The notes under the pieces are model-generated. The model was not told the origin of the DNA and searched no databases. It saw nothing but the letters and a program-made list of their open reading frames with translations. DNA of 64,000 nucleotides from a virus: IMG/VR virus record IMGVR_UViG_3300042356_001708, positions 1-64,000 of that record; one strand, given 5' to 3'. Numbering within the stretch: the stretch's first letter is position 1; every line of letters begins with the position of its first letter. This document shows, piece by piece, positions 20,179 through 30,320 of the stretch. Position numbers and translations under genes: made by a program.

Positions 20179-21395
20179 TTTACTAAAGATTTGTAGAATT
20201 CACTTCTGAATTTTGTTGTTGTATTAATATGGTATTTGTCTTTAACTGTTTCGTAAAGTGATTCACCTAAATCAGTAACCAAGTTAGGATTGTCAATTAA
20301 TTTTTTTATGTACTTTGACCAATCCGAATGGTTTTTGTTTTCATCAACTAAAAACGCATTTCCTCCTGACACAAAATTACCCTTATCCAAACAATGTTTT
20401 AAATCAATAGTGTAAGGACCTATGTTTGATGCGATTAATGCTTTTTTATGGAACCCCGCTTCAATAACTTTCAATTGTGATTTAACACGATTAAAAATGT
20501 GATTTTTGATTGGTGCTAATGACACATCAAATCTTTTATAATTCGCTGCGTACGTATTAACAGGTCTTGTCCAAACTCTAACGTATTGTTGATTATCCAT
20601 ATTTGGGTATGGTTCTTCTTTAAACTTCATCAAAAAGTCAACATAATTTTGGTCAAGTCCGTAATAGTTATCAGTCATAATTTTTTCATATTGATACCAT
20701 ACAGTTTCGTGAGGTTTAATTGCTCTTTGTGTCTGTTCTCCAGTATCACGATTAATTTCTGTAACCGCACCACGAGTATCAAATCCCGCCAAATATGTTT
20801 GGAACTTATGTCTATCACCACGTAATTTGTTGAAAGAACCTTCTAATAACATTAAATCGTGCAAATGTGACGAACCTCCTAACCAACCAATTCTTAATAA
20901 ATCACTTTCAGTTTTTTCATACTGAAACTGAGGTTCACTAGGGTCAATTGAATTGGGAACTACGACAACGTTTTTGTTAATTTTGCGAATCTCATTTGCA
21001 AACATTTCGGTTGTTGTCATCACGTAGTCGGCAACTTTTAGATTGTTAACAATTTTTTCATTAATTTTATTCTGAACAATTAATGAGTGAATCGGATGTT
21101 CTTTGGTTGGTAACCAATAATCATCCAAGTCCATAATTGTAACTATACCTAAACTTTTAAGTCCTTTAATTAAATTGACTGCCTGCTCATAATTTTGACC
21201 AATACTACGATGGAAATGAACTATCTGATATTTTTTCCAAAAGTTAATATCATTTGCATTAAAATCATAAAGAATATCTACGTGAAAATCGTCAGGGTAT
21301 AATCTTTGTAGAACTATGTGAGGGTCAACTGACCTGAATTTACCAACACCTGTTTTGTCACTTGGTAATACTAAAACATTAATTTTGTCTGCCAT
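20175..21395 (-). CDS. GT-B glycosyltransferase (GT4-like)
   Basis: MDLDDYW, IGWLGGSSHLHDL, DVSLAPI...FN..KSQLKVIEAG. Confidence 0.85.
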   Translation of the reverse strand: MADKINVLVLPSDKTGVGKFRSVDPHIVLQRLYPDDFHVDILYDFNANDINFWKKYQIVHFHRSIGQNYEQAVNLIKGLKSLGIVTIMDLDDYWLPTKEHPIHSLIVQNKINEKIVNNLKVADYVMTTTEMFANEIRKINKNVVVVPNSIDPSEPQFQYEKTESDLLRIGWLGGSSHLHDLMLLEGSFNKLRGDRHKFQTYLAGFDTRGAVTEINRDTGEQTQRAIKPHETVWYQYEKIMTDNYYGLDQNYVDFLMKFKEEPYPNMDNQQYVRVWTRPVNTYAANYKRFDVSLAPIKNHIFNRVKSQLKVIEAGFHKKALIASNIGPYTIDLKHCLDKGNFVSGGNAFLVDENKNHSDWSKYIKKLIDNPNLVTDLGESLYETVKDKYHINTTTKFRSEFYKSLVK

Positions 21396-21409
21396 TATAT
21401 ATTTTTTTC

Positions 21410-21440
21410 AAAATATAATAACAGAAATGGATACTATCAA
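21410..21440 (-). promoter_or_regulatory. Near-consensus Bacteroidota-type promoter TTG-N20-TATATTTT heading the GT/PhoH/dUTPase/sigma operon
   Basis: One mismatch to TAnnTTTG, correct spacing, intergenic. Confidence 0.45.
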
Positions 21441-21446
21441 TACCGA

Positions 21447-22025
21447 TTATTGTTTTCTAACTTTTTTGATTTTTGTAATCTTACCTTCAAAAATATGTTC
21501 ACCAACTTTAAAGGTCATTGTTTCATTTGCCTTTTGGCTTGACTCAGCAATAACTCCGTTTTCTCTTAAAACCTCTTCAACAACTTCTCTTAACATTTGT
21601 TTTAAATCCCCATTTGATGTTGACTCAGAAACAACTCTTCTTTGTTCTTGTTTAGGTCTTTCAGTTCCCATTAATTTTGCAGCTCTCTCAACCATTTCCT
21701 CACTTATTACTGAAGAACCATACATAGATGTCGGTTGTTCTATTGGATTTTCAATCATTAATCTTTTAATTTCATCAGGTAATTTTGAGTTAACAATTCT
21801 GTCTTGAGTGGCAACCTGTGGAGCCTTAGTTACTTGAGATTCTTGTATAAATTCTTGAGGAATATTGTAGTTACCCGCAACAGGTTGAAATGTTTCTAGC
21901 TGTGGTGCGTTTATTGCTCTTGGAGTATCATAAGACGACTCTGATACATTTCCTCTTTTTATCGTGTCTGACTTCTGCATAATTGCTTTAGAAATCATTA
22001 ATTTTTCCATTAAACTGTTACTCAT
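21447..22025 (-). CDS. Hypothetical protein
   Basis: 192-aa ORF with several VSES/IQES/IAES motifs. Confidence 0.7.
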   Translation of the reverse strand: MSNSLMEKLMISKAIMQKSDTIKRGNVSESSYDTPRAINAPQLETFQPVAGNYNIPQEFIQESQVTKAPQVATQDRIVNSKLPDEIKRLMIENPIEQPTSMYGSSVISEEMVERAAKLMGTERPKQEQRRVVSESTSNGDLKQMLREVVEEVLRENGVIAESSQKANETMTFKVGEHIFEGKITKIKKVRKQ

Positions 22026-22026
22026 A

Positions 22027-22440
22027 TTAAGCTAAATTTTGTTCTTCGGGATTATTGTCAAATTGAGCAATAATAATAATATCATCTAAACTTTTGTCAC
22101 CATTAAAATTAAAATTAGGTCTTGGTTGGTCAAAGTTTTCTCCCGTCTCTTTAAATGTTAAGATTTTATCTAATCTAAATAATCTCCAACCTGGCATAGG
22201 TCTTGTACCTAAAAATCCTCTATGAGACGCCCCTTCAGAATCCCAAGCTCTAACTACCAAGTTTTTTCTTTTTTTAGTTCTACCAATACAAACGGGTTCA
22301 ATCTCTCTTAATCCTTTACCACCTGGTTCGTCCCCATCGTAATATATGATGATTTTTTTTCTTTTTTTAACAGCATCAACAACTTGGTCCAAAGCGGCAG
22401 CTTCAGTTATTAAACTTTTAAGTGTTGATGTGAGTTTCAT
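22027..22440 (-). CDS. Stand-alone WYL-domain protein
   Basis: IIIYY...G.REIEP..IG......VRAW......GWRLFRLDKI. Confidence 0.75.
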   Translation of the reverse strand: MKLTSTLKSLITEAAALDQVVDAVKKRKKIIIYYDGDEPGGKGLREIEPVCIGRTKKRKNLVVRAWDSEGASHRGFLGTRPMPGWRLFRLDKILTFKETGENFDQPRPNFNFNGDKSLDDIIIIAQFDNNPEEQNLA

Positions 22441-22739
22441 TATACGGTTGGTGTTGTGTATGGGTTGTTAGGTTTAAATTCATTCACCGCTGTTTCAATT
22501 TGTCTTTCTTTGATGTCAGTAAATGTTCCTGCTCCCAAATTATATACGTCCAAAAATCCGCCCGTCCCTCTTCCCATTTCATCACCATCGGCCAATGCGT
22601 CAGGGTTTGTACTGGAATATTCGTTAGCGTCCTTTTTTAACGTATTAACTACTGTTAATTGTTTTCTTTGCTCAACACCAATTTGACCTAAGTCATTTAA
22701 TGGTTGAGAATAATCTTGAGGAATTATTGGTTGTGGCAT
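22440..22739 (-). CDS. Hypothetical protein
   Basis: 99-aa ORF in operon. Confidence 0.65.
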   Translation of the reverse strand: MPQPIIPQDYSQPLNDLGQIGVEQRKQLTVVNTLKKDANEYSSTNPDALADGDEMGRGTGGFLDVYNLGAGTFTDIKERQIETAVNEFKPNNPYTTPTV

Positions 22740-22743
22740 AATT

Positions 22744-23214
22744 TTAAATTTTTGATATTATGTCGTTTATTCTTTGTATATCTTCGGTTAAATCTATTCC
22801 ATATTTACCCAAACCTGTTTTATGTGATTGGGATGGTCTATTATCGTTTGATATATTGGTTTTAAAATCTTTAGTTGTCTCTTTATCTGTTAAATATTCT
22901 TTTCTGAATTCTTTGCTAGTTCTATCTCCACTTCTCATTCTTTCTAAAGTATCATTTACCCAATCTTTCATTTTGTCCCCACCATTTAATTCGTACTCTT
23001 TGGTTGTTTTGGGACCTGAGTAAGTGTCAAACCAATTTTTAATTCTTCCTAATTGTTGATAAGTTGCGGTTCCCTTATCAATTAACCCTTCGTTTCTAGT
23101 CAAACCTTCTTGGTTATTGTTTGATGAGGATTTGTGTTTTTCATATGCGGATTTCAATGACTTCACAATGTCAAACGGTAAAGATATTGTATTTCCGTAT
23201 AATGTGTTATTCAC
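22744..23214 (-). CDS. Hypothetical protein
   Basis: 156-aa ORF; C-terminal LTEDIQRINDII. Confidence 0.65.
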   Translation of the reverse strand: MNNTLYGNTISLPFDIVKSLKSAYEKHKSSSNNNQEGLTRNEGLIDKGTATYQQLGRIKNWFDTYSGPKTTKEYELNGGDKMKDWVNDTLERMRSGDRTSKEFRKEYLTDKETTKDFKTNISNDNRPSQSHKTGLGKYGIDLTEDIQRINDIISKI

Positions 23215-24070
23215 TTTTAAACATTTTTAATAACTCCGCAACAGAAATTCCATTCTTTTCTGCCATATTTTTTAATGACTGAATGTTCTTCTGTAACAAT
23301 TTTTTTATTGGGTCTCCCTTCTCAACAATCTCACCATCACTATTTTTCTTATTAGATATCATATCTTCAATCATCTTAATGGCGTTTTCTTTTTCCATTT
23401 CCGCTAAAGTCATCCTATCAATAAAACCTTTTTGTTTTCTAATCTTCTTTGGTGCTTTTTTTGTTTTTTTACCTGTCGGGTCCTTACCAAATTGTTTTGT
23501 TCTTTCAATTGCTTCTATTGGGTCCATTTCAAGTTTGTCCACAAAATAATTGAATGTTTTTTTACCATCCATATTTTTTGTCTCCTCATACCCAAATGCG
23601 TCTGAAAAATCAGTTTCATTTAAGGGAACATCACTATCAACACTTTCACCATAATATCTTCTATAACCTCTGGTTACAGGGTTATTAGTCATTCTATTAA
23701 GAATGATTTGGTCCATAGTCCTTGATTGAGTTAAAGTATGGTTAATAGGTGGTATTCTTGACGATTTTAATGCTCCTGATGCGTCAACTAGCTCAGATAT
23801 CTCACCATCTTCTTTTTCACTTTTTTGACCTAAAGTTATTCCTAATATTTTTTTAAGTTGAGACAAATTTTTAAGTGACTTATCTTTTAAAATTTTTGAA
23901 ATAACTTTTTTGGCGACCTCTAAATCACTTTTATCTACTTTAATTTTTTCTTTTTTTACTCTAGATTCAACAATTGTTTCTGACATAGAATAATACAAAG
24001 TCCCCCCATCCTTATCCTCCTTCAAGAAAAAGTAATATGGTGATTGGAAGTATTCTTTATTTAATTTCAT
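23207..24070 (-). CDS. Hypothetical protein
   Basis: 287-aa ORF; TATTTAT motif 19 nt upstream. Confidence 0.7.
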   Translation of the reverse strand: MKLNKEYFQSPYYFFLKEDKDGGTLYYSMSETIVESRVKKEKIKVDKSDLEVAKKVISKILKDKSLKNLSQLKKILGITLGQKSEKEDGEISELVDASGALKSSRIPPINHTLTQSRTMDQIILNRMTNNPVTRGYRRYYGESVDSDVPLNETDFSDAFGYEETKNMDGKKTFNYFVDKLEMDPIEAIERTKQFGKDPTGKKTKKAPKKIRKQKGFIDRMTLAEMEKENAIKMIEDMISNKKNSDGEIVEKGDPIKKLLQKNIQSLKNMAEKNGISVAELLKMFKSE

Positions 24071-24089
24071 TTTGATAAATGGTTTGTCA

Positions 24090-24116
24090 ATAAATACTTC
24101 ATTTTAATGTATTTAT
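24090..24116. promoter_or_regulatory. Back-to-back pair of TATTTAT motifs (24096-24090 minus; 24110-24116 plus)
   Basis: One motif on each coding strand of a divergent gene pair. Confidence 0.6.
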
Positions 24117-24126
24117 CATAAGAAAT

Positions 24127-27100
24127 ATGGCTTACCAAAATATTAATCAATATAACTTTCCAAAATGGTATATGTTGAACAGGTCTGATATAATGGATTT
24201 CTGTTTGGCATCAGATGAACGGGATTATAAAGAAGAAGTGATTTTTTCACCTTATATCATTGGAAACACTGATGGTAACGTTTTGCCCGTCAAAATTGAT
24301 TTAAACAACCCTGATAATAGTGAGTTATTTGTACTTGAGTATGATAACTACAACCCATTCAATATTATAGTTTCATCAAATTATTATAACCCTGATAATT
24401 TAGATTTATCTTGTTTTTCAGGTTTTAGTGCTCTTTGTGATGTTGGATTAACAGGTATTGACAATGGACTTGTTAAGAATATGACAGGTGAAACTGCATA
24501 TATTACAAAGGGTATTAATGACTTTACAAAATTTGATAGGTTATCTTTTGACCGAAGAATGAAATTCTTTCAGGTTACAGGATATACACAACCACCTAAT
24601 ATAAGATTTTCGGGGATACCAAAAAACGATAACTATTCTATTGTTTCATATCAAAAAGATGTTGGGGTTTATCACGAATTATACGGAGGGTTTTATCAAG
24701 GGTTTTATAAACTATATGGGTATGATTATGAAATACTTCCTGATAGACCTCATCACGGGTGGTCTGCAGAATTTTTATTAAGACCGAGGATATGGGATGA
24801 TTATTTTCCATCCTCAGGTGATACAACACTTAATGAAGTATATCCCGATAATGCGGGGATTTTCTTTTATATGGGAGCTAGAGCTGAGAATAAATTTTAT
24901 CATTATGCGTCAGGCTCACCATCAGGATTTACTGCATATACAAGAGTTACCGAAAGTTTAGTATCTACGGGAACAACAGGGACCACAAGTGGCTCAACTG
25001 GAGAAACAACTTGTCTTTTAACTTGCGGTTGTTCAAATAGTGGTAACACACTGTCAAATTGTTTACCTGTTTATCCACCTCAAAATTATATAACTGAAAC
25101 TACACCATGTGGTACCACGCAAATAACTGCTCCTGAATTAAATCCGAGTGGAGATTCATGTTCTAATAATTTCGCAGTTAAATTTAGTGGTGACCCAGGT
25201 AACCCAAGAATATGTGTTAGAGTTTTAAGATTAACCGATGAATGTACTATTGACCAATGTACAAGTGCAAAGACTTATACATCGGGATGTACTGTTCAAG
25301 AATATTGTACACCAAAGGGGATACATTATTTTTGTGAAAATACTGATTACGTTAAATTTGAACATTGGGTTCAGGTTGACGTTGTATTTGAAAGATATAG
25401 AGACATGGATGAGTGTCATCTTTGGTGGTATGGTGGATTAGGAGTCATTACTAACTTTGAATTAACGGCATCAACATATAATCAATCAGTCACATTAATT
25501 CAACCCCCATTTACTCATTTTAATGTTGTAACTTATACGTCAACAACTACAACATATACCGCAACAACAATTGACACCCCATATGGAAGAGAAGTTGTTG
25601 AATTAAATAATAAATGGTTACAACAAAAAGATTATCGTTTAGGTAGATTAAAAATATATGTGAATGGTAGAAGGTTTCATACTTTTGAAAACTTTGAAGA
25701 AGTTATCCCAAGAGCATTAAATACGGAAAGAGAAAAACAAATTGGAGTTCCGTTTAACTTGTCATGGGGTGGAGGTACACAAGGGTTAAGAGAAAACTTA
25801 ACATTTAAAGATTGTCCTGTTAGTTCGGTCACAACCACAACCACTACTTTATTTACTAATTCGGTTGTAACAACAACTACCACAACATTTTACGGTAACA
25901 TTTACCAACAAGACCCTGAGTTGTTTCCTGATAGTGTTTTAAGTGGAACAAGTTTATCGGGATTAAATACAAATATAGTTTTAGAGAAATATTTTGCAGG
26001 AACTTTTGACGGTGGTATATCTCAGTTTAATTATTACATTAAACCAATGACTGCAGATGAGGTTAAACACAATTATCTATTAAATAAAACAAGATATAAT
26101 TTATTTGATTGGGATTGTCCAAATTGTGATGTATTTGTCCCTGAATGTGATTTAAGTGCAATCGTATATGAATACACCACAACTACTACAACAATACCCA
26201 CAACCACAACAACAACTACAAGTATTCCTTGTGATATTAATTATGACTTATTTAATGTTCCATCTGGTACCGAATTAACATTAATTGTTAATATGTATCC
26301 TGGGTCAATTGAGGCGGCCTATAACTTACAATTAAATAATGTTTTAGATTTTGATTTATCAATTTCATTTACTCAAGTTTTAGGTACGATTAGTGGTGAT
26401 AGTATTAATATTGATAACACTATCATAATACCAAGAGGTTCATTTAGTGCGGAAACTACGACAATAATTGATGGGGATTATAACATATTAGATGATACAT
26501 CTGAGATTATTAACTTAGTATGGACACCATATTGGGTAGATTTAGTCATTGGATTTTCATCTGAAACAATATTCAATCTTAATCCTTGTAATCAATACCT
26601 TACAACTGAAGGAGACGATTTCATTGTCGCTGAAGATGGAAGATATATAGTTACAGAAATTGATTTATGTGACCCTTGTGTTGTATTAATTCAAACTGAA
26701 TTTGATGATTATTTAACCACAGAAGAAAATTATATATTAACATCGGAACGTAATCCTTGTTTACCTATCCCAAGTCCGACAATTACTCCAACATCAACAG
26801 TAACACCGACCCCAACTCCGACAATTACTCCAACAATTACTCCAACATCATCAGTAACACCAACACCAACCCCATCAATTACACCGACAATTACCCCAAG
26901 TGCATCTGAAATGCCAATGTATCCTTTAACGTTGTATATACAACCTTTAAGTGGTGGTCAGGCAATTATATTTGATGGGATAACTTACACTGCTGAAACA
27001 ACTGTTAATGTTTATCTTAACACTTTTTATAATATAGAATCAGTTCCAATTCCTGGATATATGTTTGTAGGATGGAACATTTATGGAGGTTCATTCTCAT

Positions 27101-28086
27101 CAACAGGTCAAAGTACAACTGTTGCCATCTCATTAACATCGGGGGCCAATTTAGCCCCATCATACGATGTTGACCCAAATTATGACGCTTTAGAGGGACA
27201 ACTAACAACAAGTTTAGTGAGTTATCAAAATGCCACAGATAATGATTGGGTTATTATTACACAACAAGAATATAATAATATTTTTGGTAATGTCGATGGT
27301 GTAGTTAAAATTGGTAATACTGATGAACAAGTAAACACGAGAGCTGTTGCAACTGGATATGATACTACAACTTTTGGAACAATTGATGCTAGCACCCCTC
27401 TTACGATACCTACAGGTTATTATGTTGTAGGATTTGTTGCGGAGTCTTGGAATCAAAATGGACAGGTTCAACTTGGTTATACAACGAGTTATCATACCGG
27501 TACCCCAACTTATATGGGAAATTCACCAAATGTTATTGGTGGTATGACTATGTTCTACGTTAGAAAAAGACCTAGTGGTGTTGAAGCCGCTCCAGCGTCA
27601 ACTAACTTATATCCAGTTTTAAATTTCTTATCACCCGCTTACCCAAATGCGGTTCCTGACACCTTTGGGTGGACAACAACAAACAATGGAGTTTCTTGGT
27701 TTGAAACGGTATCATCATCGCAGACCGCAAAAATACAAGTTCTACTAACAAACGTAAAATCTTGGCCATCAGCACCACCAAGTTCACCAACTCCAACACC
27801 ATCCCCCACACCAACACTAACTTTAACACCAAATTGTCAACGTAATATTGTGATTCCAACCTTATGGAATGGCGGTACAACTATTAATACAAATCAACTT
27901 ATACTAACACAAACTTCAGAAACTTTACAAATACAAGTAAATGATATTATAACAGATAATAATGGGTCAACTAGTTTTGTAGGAATTGTTTCATCGGATG
28001 GTACATATACTTATGTATTTACAGGTGCAGGTGGTGGGGTTGCGTTTGATTGTCAATTCCCATTAACATTCACAGGACCTTGTTAA
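24127..28086 (+). CDS. Large putative virion protein with Thr/Pro-rich mucin-like linkers and a possible LamG/ConA-like domain
   Basis: LKIYVNG...WGGG..F.GGISQF..Y..P.T..EV..NY pattern is LamG-like; several Tn and (TP)n tracts; Cys-rich segments. Confidence 0.65.
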   Translation: MAYQNINQYNFPKWYMLNRSDIMDFCLASDERDYKEEVIFSPYIIGNTDGNVLPVKIDLNNPDNSELFVLEYDNYNPFNIIVSSNYYNPDNLDLSCFSGFSALCDVGLTGIDNGLVKNMTGETAYITKGINDFTKFDRLSFDRRMKFFQVTGYTQPPNIRFSGIPKNDNYSIVSYQKDVGVYHELYGGFYQGFYKLYGYDYEILPDRPHHGWSAEFLLRPRIWDDYFPSSGDTTLNEVYPDNAGIFFYMGARAENKFYHYASGSPSGFTAYTRVTESLVSTGTTGTTSGSTGETTCLLTCGCSNSGNTLSNCLPVYPPQNYITETTPCGTTQITAPELNPSGDSCSNNFAVKFSGDPGNPRICVRVLRLTDECTIDQCTSAKTYTSGCTVQEYCTPKGIHYFCENTDYVKFEHWVQVDVVFERYRDMDECHLWWYGGLGVITNFELTASTYNQSVTLIQPPFTHFNVVTYTSTTTTYTATTIDTPYGREVVELNNKWLQQKDYRLGRLKIYVNGRRFHTFENFEEVIPRALNTEREKQIGVPFNLSWGGGTQGLRENLTFKDCPVSSVTTTTTTLFTNSVVTTTTTTFYGNIYQQDPELFPDSVLSGTSLSGLNTNIVLEKYFAGTFDGGISQFNYYIKPMTADEVKHNYLLNKTRYNLFDWDCPNCDVFVPECDLSAIVYEYTTTTTTIPTTTTTTTSIPCDINYDLFNVPSGTELTLIVNMYPGSIEAAYNLQLNNVLDFDLSISFTQVLGTISGDSINIDNTIIIPRGSFSAETTTIIDGDYNILDDTSEIINLVWTPYWVDLVIGFSSETIFNLNPCNQYLTTEGDDFIVAEDGRYIVTEIDLCDPCVVLIQTEFDDYLTTEENYILTSERNPCLPIPSPTITPTSTVTPTPTPTITPTITPTSSVTPTPTPSITPTITPSASEMPMYPLTLYIQPLSGGQAIIFDGITYTAETTVNVYLNTFYNIESVPIPGYMFVGWNIYGGSFSSTGQSTTVAISLTSGANLAPSYDVDPNYDALEGQLTTSLVSYQNATDNDWVIITQQEYNNIFGNVDGVVKIGNTDEQVNTRAVATGYDTTTFGTIDASTPLTIPTGYYVVGFVAESWNQNGQVQLGYTTSYHTGTPTYMGNSPNVIGGMTMFYVRKRPSGVEAAPASTNLYPVLNFLSPAYPNAVPDTFGWTTTNNGVSWFETVSSSQTAKIQVLLTNVKSWPSAPPSSPTPTPSPTPTLTLTPNCQRNIVIPTLWNGGTTINTNQLILTQTSETLQIQVNDIITDNNGSTSFVGIVSSDGTYTYVFTGAGGGVAFDCQFPLTFTGPC

Positions 28087-28122
28087 ATTAAAAAATAAAA
28101 GTATTTATATAAAAACTAAAAA

Positions 28123-30318
28123 ATGGCAAACATTAAAATATCTCAACTTCCTGAATTCACAGGGTCAACGGATAATTCTTGGCTAATATTGAATAATTCA
28201 GGGCAAACTGAAACTTTTAAAATAACAAGAGAAAATTTCTTATCAGGTATTACAACTTATACTGAAATCACTTATAGTGAATTATATTCATTGTTTACAG
28301 GTGAAACTTTAACACCTGGTCAATTTTATTTAATGACCGATTTCCAAACTTGTTATGACCAACCTGATTTTAACCAAAGTGGTACTGCAATAATAGGTGA
28401 TAACTATAAAACAGGTAGTACAGAACCAATAGTTGTTTTAGCCACAAGTATTAACTCTCTATCACCTAAAGCGTATTCATTAGAATATCCATTTGATGAT
28501 ATTTCATATGATATAACATTCACTCAAACTGAAATGACGAGTAATCCTGCAAAGGGTAGAATCACTGAAAGAATTGATGACTTTAATAATAGAACCGATT
28601 ATGACCACAGAAATATATTATTTAAAAGGTATAATGGGTATTCATATAATGAAAGTCAACCATTAAGTGGACTTGTTGGTATAAGTGGTATAACAGGAAC
28701 TACGGCTGTTTTATATGGTAATACAGGTACAACGTTTAATTCAAATTTTTCAACAGGGTCACTTGTTGCAGTGACAAATATATTCCCATCAATTTTTGAG
28801 GTTATTTCTGTTGAGAGTAATTCTATAGCAATTATATCAGGTGTCTCAATAAGTAACACTAGTAACTCACCTTACTATTTAGTAATTGATGATGGTATAA
28901 TCAGCTATCGTAAACCTAATGTAAGAGTTAATGAAGTTTTTGAATATACAACATTTGGTGATGCTACATCAATTAACAACTATGTTGGTAACTATGCAAA
29001 TTTATATTCTTGGAATGAAAACCCATTTATCTTAGCAAACAATGTTTTTATTAGTGGTTCATTTATAAATAATACAATTGGTAATGATTCATATAATAAC
29101 ACATTTAATGATGATTGCGATAGTAATCAAATAGGTGATAGTTTTTATAACAACTCAACAAATGATGATTTTGATGGGAATATAATTGGGGATTATTTTA
29201 ATAACAATTATATCACATCCAATTTTAATAATAACAGAATCGGTAGTAATTTTAATAGTAATATTCTAATTGGTGGTTCTTTCTATAGAAATAATATTGG
29301 AAATGAGTTTAATAGTAATGTTTGGACTAATGGTGATTTCCAAAATAATGAAATAGGTAACCAATTTAATAATAATAAAATCTACAACGAGTTTTATAAT
29401 AATGATATTGGTAATGGGTATAATAATAACGAAAGTTATTCAACTTATAATCGTAATTTAATTGGTAATGGTTATAATAATAATACTATATATTCTCAGT
29501 TTTACGAAAATGAAATCGGTCAAATTTTCAATAATAATACTATCTCAACCTTATTAGATTCCGGGAATTATGATTTTACAGGAAATAGAATTGGTAATGA
29601 TTTTTATAATAACACAATTAAAAATGATTTTGTAAGTAACGACATTTTAAATGATTTTTATAATAATAGTCTGTATTCGGTCTTCAGGAAAAATAGTGTC
29701 TTAAATGGGTTTGAAGGAAATACAATCGGAGATTCTGGTAACACTATAACCTTTGAAAACAATCAAATTATGAATACCTTCAAAGGTAATAATGTACAGG
29801 GAGACTTTTGGAGTAATTACATTAAAACAAATTTTAAAGCAAACCAAACATTTGCCGAATTTGGTTATAACAATGTCGGTTATAGTTTTTTTGCAAATAA
29901 TATGAGTGGACAAACAATCAGTAACAATATCGGAGATTATTTTGAATCTAATAATTGTTACGGTTCATTTTCATATAACACAATAGGGACTAGTTTTTCT
30001 AGTAATGATGTCCAAGATGGTTTTGGTTTCGGTGGAGGTACATACAGAGGAAATGTGATTGGTAATAATTTCAATAGTAATGACATCGGAGAATATTTTT
30101 ACGATAATACTATTGGAGATAATTTTACTAATAATACTATTGTAGATTATTTCCAAATGAACAGAATATGTAATAGTGTTATCTCTATTGATTTTTCAGA
30201 ATCAACTCACGTATACGGATTTTATAATTGCGAAATCTTTACAGGGTCAGGTGGTGGACAAAGACTATCATATTACGACTCAAGTGACGTACTAAACATA
30301 ACAAACATAACAGCATAA
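28123..30318 (+). CDS. Tail fibre/spike-like protein with Asn-rich parallel beta-helix repeats
   Basis: N-terminal MANIKISQLP; many N.IG..F..N repeats over the C-terminal ~430 aa. Confidence 0.7.
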   Translation: MANIKISQLPEFTGSTDNSWLILNNSGQTETFKITRENFLSGITTYTEITYSELYSLFTGETLTPGQFYLMTDFQTCYDQPDFNQSGTAIIGDNYKTGSTEPIVVLATSINSLSPKAYSLEYPFDDISYDITFTQTEMTSNPAKGRITERIDDFNNRTDYDHRNILFKRYNGYSYNESQPLSGLVGISGITGTTAVLYGNTGTTFNSNFSTGSLVAVTNIFPSIFEVISVESNSIAIISGVSISNTSNSPYYLVIDDGIISYRKPNVRVNEVFEYTTFGDATSINNYVGNYANLYSWNENPFILANNVFISGSFINNTIGNDSYNNTFNDDCDSNQIGDSFYNNSTNDDFDGNIIGDYFNNNYITSNFNNNRIGSNFNSNILIGGSFYRNNIGNEFNSNVWTNGDFQNNEIGNQFNNNKIYNEFYNNDIGNGYNNNESYSTYNRNLIGNGYNNNTIYSQFYENEIGQIFNNNTISTLLDSGNYDFTGNRIGNDFYNNTIKNDFVSNDILNDFYNNSLYSVFRKNSVLNGFEGNTIGDSGNTITFENNQIMNTFKGNNVQGDFWSNYIKTNFKANQTFAEFGYNNVGYSFFANNMSGQTISNNIGDYFESNNCYGSFSYNTIGTSFSSNDVQDGFGFGGGTYRGNVIGNNFNSNDIGEYFYDNTIGDNFTNNTIVDYFQMNRICNSVISIDFSESTHVYGFYNCEIFTGSGGGQRLSYYDSSDVLNITNITA

Positions 30319-30320
30319 AA

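Noticed and set aside
29040-30170. AAT/AAC-rich repeats as a possible diversity-generating retroelement target
   Set aside because: No reverse transcriptase and no template/variable repeat pair in the window; explained by an Asn-ladder beta-helix.
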